Below are positions 1 through 9,291 of a stretch of DNA of 41,941 nucleotides, piece after piece; the stretch's first letter is position 1; each line of letters opens with the position of its first letter. Origin of the DNA: a virus (taxonomy: Duplodnaviria > Caudoviricetes); the IMG/VR virus record IMGVR_UViG_3300025530_000023, positions 1 to 41,941 of that record, one strand, 5' to 3'. A model generated the notes under the pieces. The model was not told the origin of the DNA. It was given only the letters and a program-made list of their open reading frames with translations, and did not search any database. Position numbers and translations under genes: made by a program.

Positions 1-2
1 TC

Positions 3-1739
3 ATATTTAATGGCAAAAAGAAGAACGGAGAAGAAATTACCAAGCAATTTAAGAATGGAAAGTTGAAGGATTATGTTAATCAATATAAAATCTCCAGTCC
101 TGTAGCTGATTATAAATATGAGTCTGGCAATACTAAGGTGGAATTTGTATTTGGTTATGACGTTGAAAGCGAACAGACCGATATCATCGGCTATACTAAT
201 GGTTCTTATAATAAGGCTGGTGGCTCACATGTTATTGGTTTTATAGAAGGATTTTCCTCATTTATGAGGAAGTATATGATGGAATCTTATCTTAATGAAA
301 AAGAGAAGAAGGATATCAAGATTTTTACTGAAGATGTTAAACAGGGATTGGTGGGTATCGTATCTATATATGCCCTTAATCCTAAATATAAAGGTCAATA
401 TAAAGAGGGTATTGATGATAATACCCTTAAAAATTTCGTATTTAGTGCAGTAAGAAAATATCTCAGAGAATGTGATAAAAATACGCTTAATAAGTTTGCT
501 CAAATTATTAAAGCAAATGCTAAAGCTCGTATGGCTGCTGAGAACACTAAAAAGAAAGTTAAGAAAGATATTGTCAATGCATTTTCTGCAGACAGGATTG
601 AAGAATATATTCCCATCTCGAAATATTCGACTAGCAAATATAAAGAATTGTGTATTGTCGAGGGGCTTAGCGCTAGGGGTGGATTTAAAGCCTCCCGCGA
701 TAAAAATCAAATGGCGGTATTGGCTATTAGAGGTAAGGTTGAAAATATTTTCGATTTACCTCCAGCCGAAGCCGTAAAAGATTCTAAGTTCCTGTATAAT
801 TTGGTTCAGATTTTTGAATGCGAGAATGAAAATATTAAAAACTTCGATATCAATAAACTCCCGTTCACCAGAATCAATATTGTTACAGATGCTGATACTG
901 ACGGTGATGAAATTTCTTGTCAGATCGCTATGATCTTTGCTAGATTCTTCCCGAGTATTGTTCTCGATGGAAGACTGTACAAAATTGTACCTCCGTTGTA
1001 CGAAATTAAACTTAAAGGAGAAACTGTATTTGTCCCGACCATTAGGGATTATATGAGATATGCTCAAGAAAGTTTTGCTAAAGATCATAAGATTTATTTG
1101 AATGGTAAGGAAATGAAGCATGAAGAACTTTTAGACTTCCTTGTAGAGTTTCATCAATATAGAGATAATTTGAATCATCTTTCTAATCAATATGCATTAA
1201 CTCCTGGGTTTACCGAATTCCTAATTGCAAATCTCAAAGTTGGTTTTGAAAATGATAAAGTGGATATTTGGAATACAAAAATACTTCCTTCGAGATACAG
1301 ATTTATGAAAGCTAGACCTGGTGACAATGGATATATTGAAATCGAAGGTATGGTTGGTTCCGAATACAACCTCTTCGAATTCAATCCTGAATTTATTGAA
1401 GATGTGACTGAACGTTATCAGATTAATCCTGATGTGGAATTTTACGGTTATTCTGTTGATGGCAAATCTATGAGCCTCTATGGTGTTATGGAAGAGGTGT
1501 CTAAATATACACCAAAGATAGTCAATAGGTTTAAAGGTCTTGGTGAAATGGCCCAAGAGGACCTTGAACGGACTATCATTGACAGAAAAGTTCGTCATAG
1601 CATAAGACTCACTATAGAAGACATTGAGAAAGATTATGAAAGAATGGCTGTAATGCATTCAAGGAAACCTCTTTACGCTCAAAAACGGAAAGAATTCATG
1701 AGAAATAGGAAATTTGACATAATGGATATTGATACCTAA
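3..1739 (+). CDS. gyrB: Type IIA topoisomerase subunit B (GyrB/ParE-like), 5' truncated by window edge
   Basis: The frame is open from nt 3. Motifs: GGSHVIGF, TOPRIM EGLSA, IRGKVEN, TDADTDG, PPLY, RFKGLGEM. Confidence 0.93.
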   Translation: MFNGKKKNGEEITKQFKNGKLKDYVNQYKISSPVADYKYESGNTKVEFVFGYDVESEQTDIIGYTNGSYNKAGGSHVIGFIEGFSSFMRKYMMESYLNEKEKKDIKIFTEDVKQGLVGIVSIYALNPKYKGQYKEGIDDNTLKNFVFSAVRKYLRECDKNTLNKFAQIIKANAKARMAAENTKKKVKKDIVNAFSADRIEEYIPISKYSTSKYKELCIVEGLSARGGFKASRDKNQMAVLAIRGKVENIFDLPPAEAVKDSKFLYNLVQIFECENENIKNFDINKLPFTRINIVTDADTDGDEISCQIAMIFARFFPSIVLDGRLYKIVPPLYEIKLKGETVFVPTIRDYMRYAQESFAKDHKIYLNGKEMKHEELLDFLVEFHQYRDNLNHLSNQYALTPGFTEFLIANLKVGFENDKVDIWNTKILPSRYRFMKARPGDNGYIEIEGMVGSEYNLFEFNPEFIEDVTERYQINPDVEFYGYSVDGKSMSLYGVMEEVSKYTPKIVNRFKGLGEMAQEDLERTIIDRKVRHSIRLTIEDIEKDYERMAVMHSRKPLYAQKRKEFMRNRKFDIMDIDT

Positions 1740-1765
1740 AAAATTTAAGAAGGGGTTGGTGTTAC

Positions 1766-2218
1766 ATGGGTAAAAGTAAACAATTTAAAATCATCTATCA
1801 AGATCACGATGATGGTGAGTTGTACACGATTATTCAGGTAGCACCAACCCAACAAAGTGCTATCATCAGAGCACAAGAAAGACTGGAGAAGTCGGGAAGT
1901 AATTTTTTACTTCTTGAAATGGAAGAACTTGGTACTGAGGCGTTTATCAGACAAATCAGACGCACATTAATCAGCGCAATAGAAAAGGAGAGAGAAAGAA
2001 ATATGGCAAAGAGACCGACGAAGGACAAGAAGAAAGAGAACAGCCTCAAAACGTTTGAAATTGTTTACACACGCTCTCTCAATCCTGGTAGTTTTGTAAC
2101 AAATGTAGAAGCCCATGATAAATATAATGCTATAATGAAATTCAATGAACTTTATAAAGGGGCAAGGATTAAAAATATAGAAGAGGTTAAACCTCAAATT
2201 GAGCAAGAATCCGTTTAA
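1766..2218 (+). CDS. Hypothetical protein with two similar ~50-aa domains
   Basis: RBS GAAGGGG; fills the gap between gyrB and gyrA; internal sequence repeat. Confidence 0.75.
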   Translation: MGKSKQFKIIYQDHDDGELYTIIQVAPTQQSAIIRAQERLEKSGSNFLLLEMEELGTEAFIRQIRRTLISAIEKERERNMAKRPTKDKKKENSLKTFEIVYTRSLNPGSFVTNVEAHDKYNAIMKFNELYKGARIKNIEEVKPQIEQESV

Positions 2219-2254
2219 GTTGCTGCTATATAGTTTAAATGGGGGAGTAGATTA

Positions 2255-4675
2255 ATGGGTTATATTGTAAAACCGAAAAAAGGGTTCTTTACTATTGAAA
2301 ATATCGAAGAGAAGAATATTGCGGAATTCGATGAAGAGGGAATGTCCCTCCATGGTATAAACAGAAACCTTCAAAGAAATATTGCAATGTTCTACGATAA
2401 TCTCAAAGTTGTACACCGCAGACTTTTGTATGCGATGGCAACTATGGGACTGCGTCCCAATAAGCATCATTCAAAAGCGGCTGGTGTTATAGGACGGACT
2501 ATCGAGAAATTCCATCCTCACGGCGATGCGGCAGCATATGAGGCTTTGATTTTCATGGGGCAACCTTGGAGAAATATAATGACTCTCGTTGATATTGAGG
2601 GTAACTATGGGAATGCGGAAAATCCTAATGAATACGCTCAAATGCGTTATGTAAAATGTAGACTTAGTTCCTTCGCATGGGACTGTTACTTCAGTGAATG
2701 GGACCTTAAATCTGATCTTGTTGATATGAGACCCACGTTCAGTGGAGATGATTTGGAGCCTATTTATCTTCCGGCAAAATATCCGCTATTCCTAATGAAT
2801 TGGGGAAGCGGTATGGGATATGGTCTCGCGACCTCCAGCCCAGGTTTTCTCCCTCAGGATGCGATGCAAGCCGTGATCGATCTTATTAAAGATCCGAATG
2901 CGAAAATTGTATTGTATCCTGAGGACCCAATGGGTTGTACTATTGTAGGAAAGAAAGTGTTTCAAAAATTTACTGATTTCAACTTCAATAAATATAAAGA
3001 CGACGATCTTCTCAAATTCAGAGTAAGATCGGATTACGTTGTGGAAAATGGTATTATAAGAATATTGAATACTCCTTATGAGGTAAACCCTGAAACTGTT
3101 ATTAAGAAAATTGTAAAGCTTAAGAATAAAAAGAAGATTGATGGGATAGTAGATATGGAAGTTGAGTTGAAACCAGGTAAAATCCCTCAGCTCAAATCCA
3201 AATCCGATACAATGAATATCATTATTGAATATTCCAAAGGTGTGGACCCCCATATCCTTATGGAAAAACTGTACAAACTTACTCAGCTTGAAACTACTTT
3301 CTCATTGAATTGTGTTTACGTTGATATGAACAAGAATGTTAAGTTCAATCTTCGAGAAAGTATTTTGTACTGGATAAAGCTTAGAAGAAAAGTATTGAAG
3401 AGAATGTATAGGGCTGAGCTTACAGCAAAGTCCAAGAGGAACTACGTTCTCGATGCTTTGATAATGCTATTCGATAAAAATCAAATAGATACGGTTATAA
3501 ATATCTTCAAGAAAAATAAAAGGTCTGACGTTCAAGAAATACTAATTCGGAAATATGGTATAAGTGATTATCAGGCTGAAAAGATTTCTGAAATGAGATT
3601 TGGAGACCTCTCTCCCGATTCGTATAATGATTATGTGAAGGAAAGGGAAGAAAATAAGAAGAAAATTAAACAACTTCAAGAGATTTTGAAAAATAGAAAA
3701 GCATTGGATAATATTATAATCTCCCAAATGGAAGAAGGAATTAAGAAATATTATCGTCCAAGACAGTCAAAAATTATTGAAGCTCTTGATGATGATAGGG
3801 AAGAGCAATTTTTTGACATCGAGGTACTGAATACAGGACATGTTCGTAAGATTAAACATGGGTCTGATGTAGAACTCAACACTGAAGAATCAAGCCTGGT
3901 AAGTAAGTATGAGAACATTGGAGATTCCAATAAGTTATTCGTATTTACCAATACAGGATTGGTATTCAGTGATTCCATATCAAAAATAAGAACCTCCAAA
4001 GACAAAAGTCTTGGAAGTATAATCTCCAAAAAGTACGATCCGATCAAATATAATACAGTCGGTTCTGTGATTGCTAAAGAGAATACTTCTAATAATGTAA
4101 TTTGCATTACAAAATTCGGGCTTGTTAAGAATAGTAAACTCTCCGATTACTTTATCTCATCTCAAGGAAGCTATGGAATCAAGCTTGCCAAGAATGATGA
4201 GCTTGTTTCGGTATTAGAGTTTACTCCTAATGATATTAAGAATTCAAAAATAATGGTCTATACCAAGAATGGTAAATGTTCAATATTCCAACCTAATGAT
4301 GCAACTTCCCGGTTTACAATGGGGAGCACAGGGATAAAGCTCGAAGATGGAGATTATGTTATCGGGGCAGATATTGTTAAATCGAATGATGAATACATGG
4401 TGACAATCTCCGAAAATGGTTATGTAAAGAAATTCTCTATTGAAAATACTTTCAACAATACAAAACGGGGGATGCCTGGTATAGCCATTGTATCCTCAGA
4501 TGAAAATCTGTACAGAGCTGTTACTGTTAATTCGAAGATTACTAAACTTTTATTGGTTTCCTTACAGGGAATTGAGGAGGTGAATCTGGCAGACATCCAG
4601 CTCAAGACAAGATTGTCTGCTGGAGAGAAACTCCTTAGAGCAAGACGACGTGGGGAAATCATCTTAAAAAGATAA
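2255..4675 (+). CDS. gyrA: Type IIA topoisomerase subunit A (GyrA/ParC-like) with beta-pinwheel CTD
   Basis: LKVVHRRLLY, HPHGD, GNYG, catalytic AQMRY, and C-terminal blade repeats (ITKFGLVK, ISENGYVKK, GIKL). Confidence 0.93.
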   Translation: MGYIVKPKKGFFTIENIEEKNIAEFDEEGMSLHGINRNLQRNIAMFYDNLKVVHRRLLYAMATMGLRPNKHHSKAAGVIGRTIEKFHPHGDAAAYEALIFMGQPWRNIMTLVDIEGNYGNAENPNEYAQMRYVKCRLSSFAWDCYFSEWDLKSDLVDMRPTFSGDDLEPIYLPAKYPLFLMNWGSGMGYGLATSSPGFLPQDAMQAVIDLIKDPNAKIVLYPEDPMGCTIVGKKVFQKFTDFNFNKYKDDDLLKFRVRSDYVVENGIIRILNTPYEVNPETVIKKIVKLKNKKKIDGIVDMEVELKPGKIPQLKSKSDTMNIIIEYSKGVDPHILMEKLYKLTQLETTFSLNCVYVDMNKNVKFNLRESILYWIKLRRKVLKRMYRAELTAKSKRNYVLDALIMLFDKNQIDTVINIFKKNKRSDVQEILIRKYGISDYQAEKISEMRFGDLSPDSYNDYVKEREENKKKIKQLQEILKNRKALDNIIISQMEEGIKKYYRPRQSKIIEALDDDREEQFFDIEVLNTGHVRKIKHGSDVELNTEESSLVSKYENIGDSNKLFVFTNTGLVFSDSISKIRTSKDKSLGSIISKKYDPIKYNTVGSVIAKENTSNNVICITKFGLVKNSKLSDYFISSQGSYGIKLAKNDELVSVLEFTPNDIKNSKIMVYTKNGKCSIFQPNDATSRFTMGSTGIKLEDGDYVIGADIVKSNDEYMVTISENGYVKKFSIENTFNNTKRGMPGIAIVSSDENLYRAVTVNSKITKLLLVSLQGIEEVNLADIQLKTRLSAGEKLLRARRRGEIILKR

Positions 4676-4712
4676 ATAAGGGAAGGAGAAATCCTTCCCT
4701 TATTTTTTTTTT
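4676..4712 (+). terminator. Intrinsic terminator
   Basis: ATAAGGGAAGGA-GAAA-TCCTTCCCTTAT followed by a T run. Confidence 0.9.
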
Positions 4713-4740
4713 GATTTAATGAATTTATTTTATTAACCGA

Positions 4741-4752
4741 AACACACAGATA
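4741..4752 (+). promoter_or_regulatory. Late-type promoter AACA-N6-TA
   Basis: AACA-CACAGA-TA between the terminator and the next RBS; motif recurs across the window. Confidence 0.65.
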
Positions 4753-4782
4753 ATACTAGTCATTGTTGAGAGGTGAAAAACT

Positions 4783-5952
4783 TTGTCAGATAGACTCATT
4801 ATAGATACCCTTTATCCAAAAGTGGAACAAGCATTGAAAAATCCGGAGAATGTTAATAAACTTAAACAGTACTTATCGAAATATTTTGACAGAAATTCAC
4901 ATATTCTTTTTTCATTGAATTTTACTGATAAGCTTATTGTATTTGATGCGGACAAAGCTATATTGTTTGATGTAATAGGTATTAAGGAAAAAGAGATACA
5001 AGATGTATTAAAAAAATCTCCTTTCGGTAAAATTAATTGGGTATTAAATCCCACCACTGTGACTTTATTTTTATGTATTTTTTATTTTGATAATCATAAG
5101 ATGGAAAAAGAATCAGAAATATTCCAAATATTCTTAACATGTTATTTCTATTCGTTGCTCCACCCTAAGATTTTTAGATTCCCTCCTAATCCGGCTATAA
5201 TGGAATATACGCTGACCAAAAATCCCAATGTTACCGGGAACTTTATATTCAAAAGAGAAGGTTCATTATTTAACTCATTCAAACACCTGTCTAGAATATC
5301 TCATGAAAACTATATTGAAGAACTTCGTTCGAAGAGAACTGATAAAATGGTCAATGATTATATTGGTTCGATAAGAACTCGTTTGAATTCGCTCCTTAAA
5401 AATATAATGGAAAGATTCCTTGAAGATCATAGGGCTGGCAATTATTTTAATAGAGAAGCAGATGTTCATGAAGAAGATAAATTTAGAATGGCCGATAGTA
5501 CAATATTGGCCATATCTAAGCTTGCTACGAAAACGACTATGAATATTATTAGTTATAGATTTAGCAGAACTTTGATCAAAAATATAGCTAATACCGATAT
5601 AAATGTACACCCGGTCACTCTAGAAAATATACTTAATACAATAATCGATGTTTTTAGAAAAGATATTGATAGATTCGTAAGCACTATTATAGAACTTTAC
5701 GTGATAGACGGAAATAATAATATTAAAACTATAAATTCTGCCAAATTTATAGACGATTGTCTCTATTTATATAAATCTAACTCAAGTAAACCAAGGGTTG
5801 TTTTCCTTAAGGATACTCTAGATAAATGGATTGACGAAGGTTCCAGATTAAATGGTCAGAGATTTATACGTGAAGCCACTATTTATGCTTATCGTAAAGC
5901 CATTTTTAAAATATTTGTTCATTCTATTAACAAAGAAAGTAAACCTACTTAA
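4783..5952 (+). CDS. Hypothetical protein co-transcribed with virion RNAP fragment
   Basis: 389-aa ORF, RBS GAGAGGTG, TTG start; no motif recognised. Confidence 0.8.
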   Translation: MSDRLIIDTLYPKVEQALKNPENVNKLKQYLSKYFDRNSHILFSLNFTDKLIVFDADKAILFDVIGIKEKEIQDVLKKSPFGKINWVLNPTTVTLFLCIFYFDNHKMEKESEIFQIFLTCYFYSLLHPKIFRFPPNPAIMEYTLTKNPNVTGNFIFKREGSLFNSFKHLSRISHENYIEELRSKRTDKMVNDYIGSIRTRLNSLLKNIMERFLEDHRAGNYFNREADVHEEDKFRMADSTILAISKLATKTTMNIISYRFSRTLIKNIANTDINVHPVTLENILNTIIDVFRKDIDRFVSTIIELYVIDGNNNIKTINSAKFIDDCLYLYKSNSSKPRVVFLKDTLDKWIDEGSRLNGQRFIREATIYAYRKAIFKIFVHSINKESKPT

Positions 5953-5967
5953 TAGGAGAGTGGGAAA

Positions 5968-6699
5968 ATGGCCAAAAAACATCAAAAGATACTTGATTAT
6001 ATATACGCTTCTATCGATGCAATAGATCCTACTGGAAAAAATACCGAAAAATATAAAGAATTTTTTGATAATTTATCTGAAGATGAATTTAGAAATTTTA
6101 TGAAAGAATTCCTCCAGGATGATAAAGATCATTTCACAGTTGAGATGGATCAATTTGATCAAAATGTTACAATAGAACAAATAAAACACGCAGCCGATGT
6201 AGCGAATGTTATAGTCGAAGATTATCTTGTTAGACCTGACCTGAGTGATGATCCCGAAAACCCATATGTTTCAAATGAAAAAGTTCTTCTCTTATACTTG
6301 AACCAACGAAGGGTTCAGCAAACGCTTTCGGTTAAAAACCACGTTTCTACTTCTATTGATAAAAGAAATCCAAAAGTCGGTCAAGTTATCGACGATGATA
6401 AAAACTCCTCTACTACGGCATTGGAAATGTATCAATTGGTATTCCAGGGTGCGTTTAATAAGTTGAAAGAGGATTTTGGTCCCAAATCTGATAATTTGGT
6501 TGCCAAAAATGAAATGCTTTATCAAATCCAGAGAAAAGGTTCTGTATCTCTTAATGAACTTCCAAATCTTCCTAAAGATAAAGTTGCTTTAAACTATATG
6601 AATTTCCTCTTTTTAGCTGCCGGTTATCAAACAGATTTGATAAATGATAAAGAACTTCTCCCTATTGTAATTGAACGTGGAGGTAAATTATATGAGTAA
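5968..6699 (+). CDS. RNA polymerase beta C-terminal fragment (probable virion RNAP subunit)
   Basis: NPKVGQV..TALEMYQLVFQGAFNKLKEDFGPKSDN aligns by eye with bacterial beta C-terminal [34 protein letters not shown]. Confidence 0.75.
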   Translation: MAKKHQKILDYIYASIDAIDPTGKNTEKYKEFFDNLSEDEFRNFMKEFLQDDKDHFTVEMDQFDQNVTIEQIKHAADVANVIVEDYLVRPDLSDDPENPYVSNEKVLLLYLNQRRVQQTLSVKNHVSTSIDKRNPKVGQVIDDDKNSSTTALEMYQLVFQGAFNKLKEDFGPKSDNLVAKNEMLYQIQRKGSVSLNELPNLPKDKVALNYMNFLFLAAGYQTDLINDKELLPIVIERGGKLYE

Positions 6700-6719
6700 T
6701 TATACCACTACTAAAAATA

Positions 6720-6734
6720 TATATTATTATTAAG
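6720..6734 (+). promoter_or_regulatory. Early-type promoter TATATTAT-N6-G
   Basis: Exact motif, one of 8 intergenic copies. Confidence 0.7.
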
Positions 6735-6756
6735 TAGGAAAATTTAATATAATCAA

Positions 6757-6768
6757 AACACTATTATA
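6757..6768 (+). promoter_or_regulatory. Late-type promoter AACA-N6-TA
   Basis: AACA-CTATTA-TA. Confidence 0.6.
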
Positions 6769-6796
6769 ATTATTTTCTCTTAAAGGAGGATTAACA

Positions 6797-6943
6797 GTGA
6801 TTAAAAATCAGCAAAAGGATCAAAATAAATCTCCGAAGCCAGATCAATTCAATATCCAGGGCGGCTTGATTCAGGAGGTTGCCATCGGTCCGGCTCTTGC
6901 AGGACAGCAATTGAATGAATCGCAGATCAATAAGAAAGGCTAA
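6797..6943 (+). CDS. 48-aa small protein (not in ORF track)
   Basis: RBS AAAGGAGGA, GTG start, MIKNQQKDQNKSPKPDQFNIQGGLIQEVAIGPALAGQQLNESQINKKG; has its own promoters and terminator. Confidence 0.8.
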   Translation: MIKNQQKDQNKSPKPDQFNIQGGLIQEVAIGPALAGQQLNESQINKKG

Positions 6944-6967
6944 AGCTTAATGCTTTAGCCCTTTTTT
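6938..6967 (+). terminator. Intrinsic terminator
   Basis: GGCTAAAGC-TTAAT-GCTTTAGCC followed by CTTTTTT. Confidence 0.85.
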
Positions 6968-7099
6968 ATTAGATTTTTTAAAGGAGGTGTTGCTTATAAG
7001 ACCGCGATAATTATTTTATGGGAATTAAATTTGCTAAAATATTTCTTTGATGTAACATTTTTCCTATATTGCATTATACTCTTTTAGGAGGTAAATTTC

Positions 7100-7966
7100 A
7101 TGGCAAGTTATATTATTAATAATAGAAGGTATCGTGTAACATCAAAATCAAAATTCATACTTTCATCTTTATTTATTACAACGATATTTGTAATTACCAT
7201 TGCTGCTATAATTACATTCGCTATAAACTATATTAATGAGACTAATGCTCGTAAAGAGCTTGAACGACAACAGCAAGAGTTGGCTATGCTTAAAGAAAAA
7301 TATTCGTTTACGGTCGGCGATATTCAAATCGAAGCAACAAGCGCTGACGAAGCTCTTAGTAAACTTATTTCTAAAGTAGAGATTGTTTTACAGGAAAAAG
7401 ATCAAAAAATTATTGATCAGCAAAATATAATAATTGGCCTGGAAGAAAAATATCAAACAGAAATCGCTCAAGTTAAAGAAGTAACCAGACACGAAGTAAA
7501 ACTTTACAATGAATTCGCATACGCAATTGACCACCCAGGCTCCGATATTACCCTGGAAGATATCAAAATGATCGTTCAAATCTGTGAAGAAGAGAACGTG
7601 AATCCCCATCTTTGGTTAAGTTTGGTTAAATTGGAAAGTAATTTCAAATCAACCGCGCGTTCTTCAAAATCAACGGCGGCAGGATGGGGACAAGTATTGA
7701 AGGGAACGGGACGGTTCCTTTACGAAGATTCTCTTAAGCTTGGTAAATACAACCATGAAAAAATGGGTACAAATAAAGAGATAAATGCAAGGATGTCCAT
7801 CCATTACTTGGCTTTGCTAATAGAAGAAAAGGGAAGCATCGAAAGGGCTTTGATAGCCTATAATGGTAACGAACTTGGAGAGAAATACGTTTCGATCGTC
7901 GATGCTAACCTCAAAAAATACGCTGACCTTTCACTTTCTAAACTGAGCAAAGCCAATTCAGTATAG
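7100..7966 (+). CDS. Membrane-anchored lytic transglycosylase (SLT domain)
   Basis: N-terminal TM helix, coiled coil, then LVKLESNF..A.S.KSTAAGWGQV..ALIAYNG SLT motifs. Confidence 0.85.
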   Translation: MASYIINNRRYRVTSKSKFILSSLFITTIFVITIAAIITFAINYINETNARKELERQQQELAMLKEKYSFTVGDIQIEATSADEALSKLISKVEIVLQEKDQKIIDQQNIIIGLEEKYQTEIAQVKEVTRHEVKLYNEFAYAIDHPGSDITLEDIKMIVQICEEENVNPHLWLSLVKLESNFKSTARSSKSTAAGWGQVLKGTGRFLYEDSLKLGKYNHEKMGTNKEINARMSIHYLALLIEEKGSIERALIAYNGNELGEKYVSIVDANLKKYADLSLSKLSKANSV

Positions 7967-8003
7967 ATCGAATCAAATCTTTCCGGATTCAGAGTCACAA
8001 ATA

Positions 8004-8045
8004 TATATTATTATTTTGTGATGACTACTAATTAGTAGTCATCAC
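8004..8045 (+). promoter_or_regulatory. Early-type promoter followed by a perfect 28-bp palindrome
   Basis: TATATTAT-N6-G(8018); GTGATGACTACTAATTAGTAGTCATCAC at 8018-8045. Confidence 0.7.
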
Positions 8046-8078
8046 TTTTTATATTACTCTATATTGGAGGGTTAACAG

Positions 8079-9272
8079 ATGGCAGGCAAAAATCCGGGTG
8101 AAATTCTCACGGAATCTCTCAACGAATCTCTTCCCAAAATTAGGGCAAGAAAAGGTGAGTTTCAAATGCGAATGAGCACAAGCGTTATCGGCGTCGGCGC
8201 AGGCGGTGGAAATATCGCTCATCTGATGAGCGATTACGACGGATACATGACGGCTGCGTTCAATACAACGGAAGCAGATATGATCGACTTGAACGTGAAG
8301 CACAAAATCGTTATCGATGGGGTGAACGGTTCCGGTAAAGACCGTGCGTTCTCCGCAATGGAGTTCAAACGGTCGTACAAGACGTTCTTCGAACATCCCG
8401 GAATCAAGGAACTCATGAAAAATGATCTGATCATCATTGTAGGTACGGGCGGCGGCGGTACTGGTACGATCATTTCGACTATGGTGGCTGCCTATTTGAA
8501 GTCCGAGTATCCGGACAAGACGATCATTTTGATCGGCATTCTCGGATCTATTAAAGAAGATCTTGTATCTCAGAGAAATATGCTTGAATTTATGTCCGAT
8601 GCTGAAAACAAATTGGAGATTCCCTATCTACTCTTCGATAACAATCGGGCCAAGAACAGAGTAGGGGATGAAGTTTATGAGAAGGTAAATCAAGATATCG
8701 TGGATGCAATCCGCGTCATTTCTAAGGAGTTCTTTATTGAAAACTCTAGGAGCAACATTGACGGCCGTGACTACGCTCGGCTTACTCACTTCAAGGGCCT
8801 GATGTCGGTTGTCACGATTCCGAAGCTTAACATCAGCGTTTCTGAAGAAAATGTAGATCTCGTTGGTCGAATTCAAGCTGCGATCGAGAATTCCACTATC
8901 ATCACTACAGAATCCCCGGATGCATATGGGTTCTTTGTGAACGCAGATCCGGAGGTTTATAACCTTATTGATACCACTTTTGAATCGGTTCAAACATCTA
9001 TTGCTGGTATCCCGACCAGCGGTCTCGTATTCAGACACCTTCAAAACAATTCGGGCGAAGGTCCTGAATTTGCGATGATCATGACCGGCATGGCGGCACC
9101 GATTTCAAGGTTTAAAATGATTGAGCGTCGGATTGCCGAATACGAAAACGTGAAGGAAAAAGAGCGGCTTCCAGAGGTTGAACGTTCGTCCTCCTCTCCG
9201 CTGAAGCTTGCTGGCGACAGCAAATCCGACAAAGGAACTGGCAAAGGGTTCTCGGCGTTGGAACAATTCTGA
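8079..9272 (+). CDS. Tubulin/FtsZ-family GTPase (PhuZ/TubZ-like)
   Basis: GVGAGGGN, GSGKDR, tubulin signature GGGGTGT, NIDGRD (T7-like loop). Alternative start at 8166. Confidence 0.9.
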   Translation: MAGKNPGEILTESLNESLPKIRARKGEFQMRMSTSVIGVGAGGGNIAHLMSDYDGYMTAAFNTTEADMIDLNVKHKIVIDGVNGSGKDRAFSAMEFKRSYKTFFEHPGIKELMKNDLIIIVGTGGGGTGTIISTMVAAYLKSEYPDKTIILIGILGSIKEDLVSQRNMLEFMSDAENKLEIPYLLFDNNRAKNRVGDEVYEKVNQDIVDAIRVISKEFFIENSRSNIDGRDYARLTHFKGLMSVVTIPKLNISVSEENVDLVGRIQAAIENSTIITTESPDAYGFFVNADPEVYNLIDTTFESVQTSIAGIPTSGLVFRHLQNNSGEGPEFAMIMTGMAAPISRFKMIERRIAEYENVKEKERLPEVERSSSSPLKLAGDSKSDKGTGKGFSALEQF

Positions 9273-9291
9273 CATCAAGAAAGGTGAGTAT

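Noticed and set aside
6981-7010. Strong SD-like AAGGAGGTG
   Set aside because: No properly spaced start codon with a meaningful ORF follows.
9208-9291. Extended start of the gene after tubulin
   Set aside because: Overlaps the tubulin C-terminus; the RBS supports ATG 9292.
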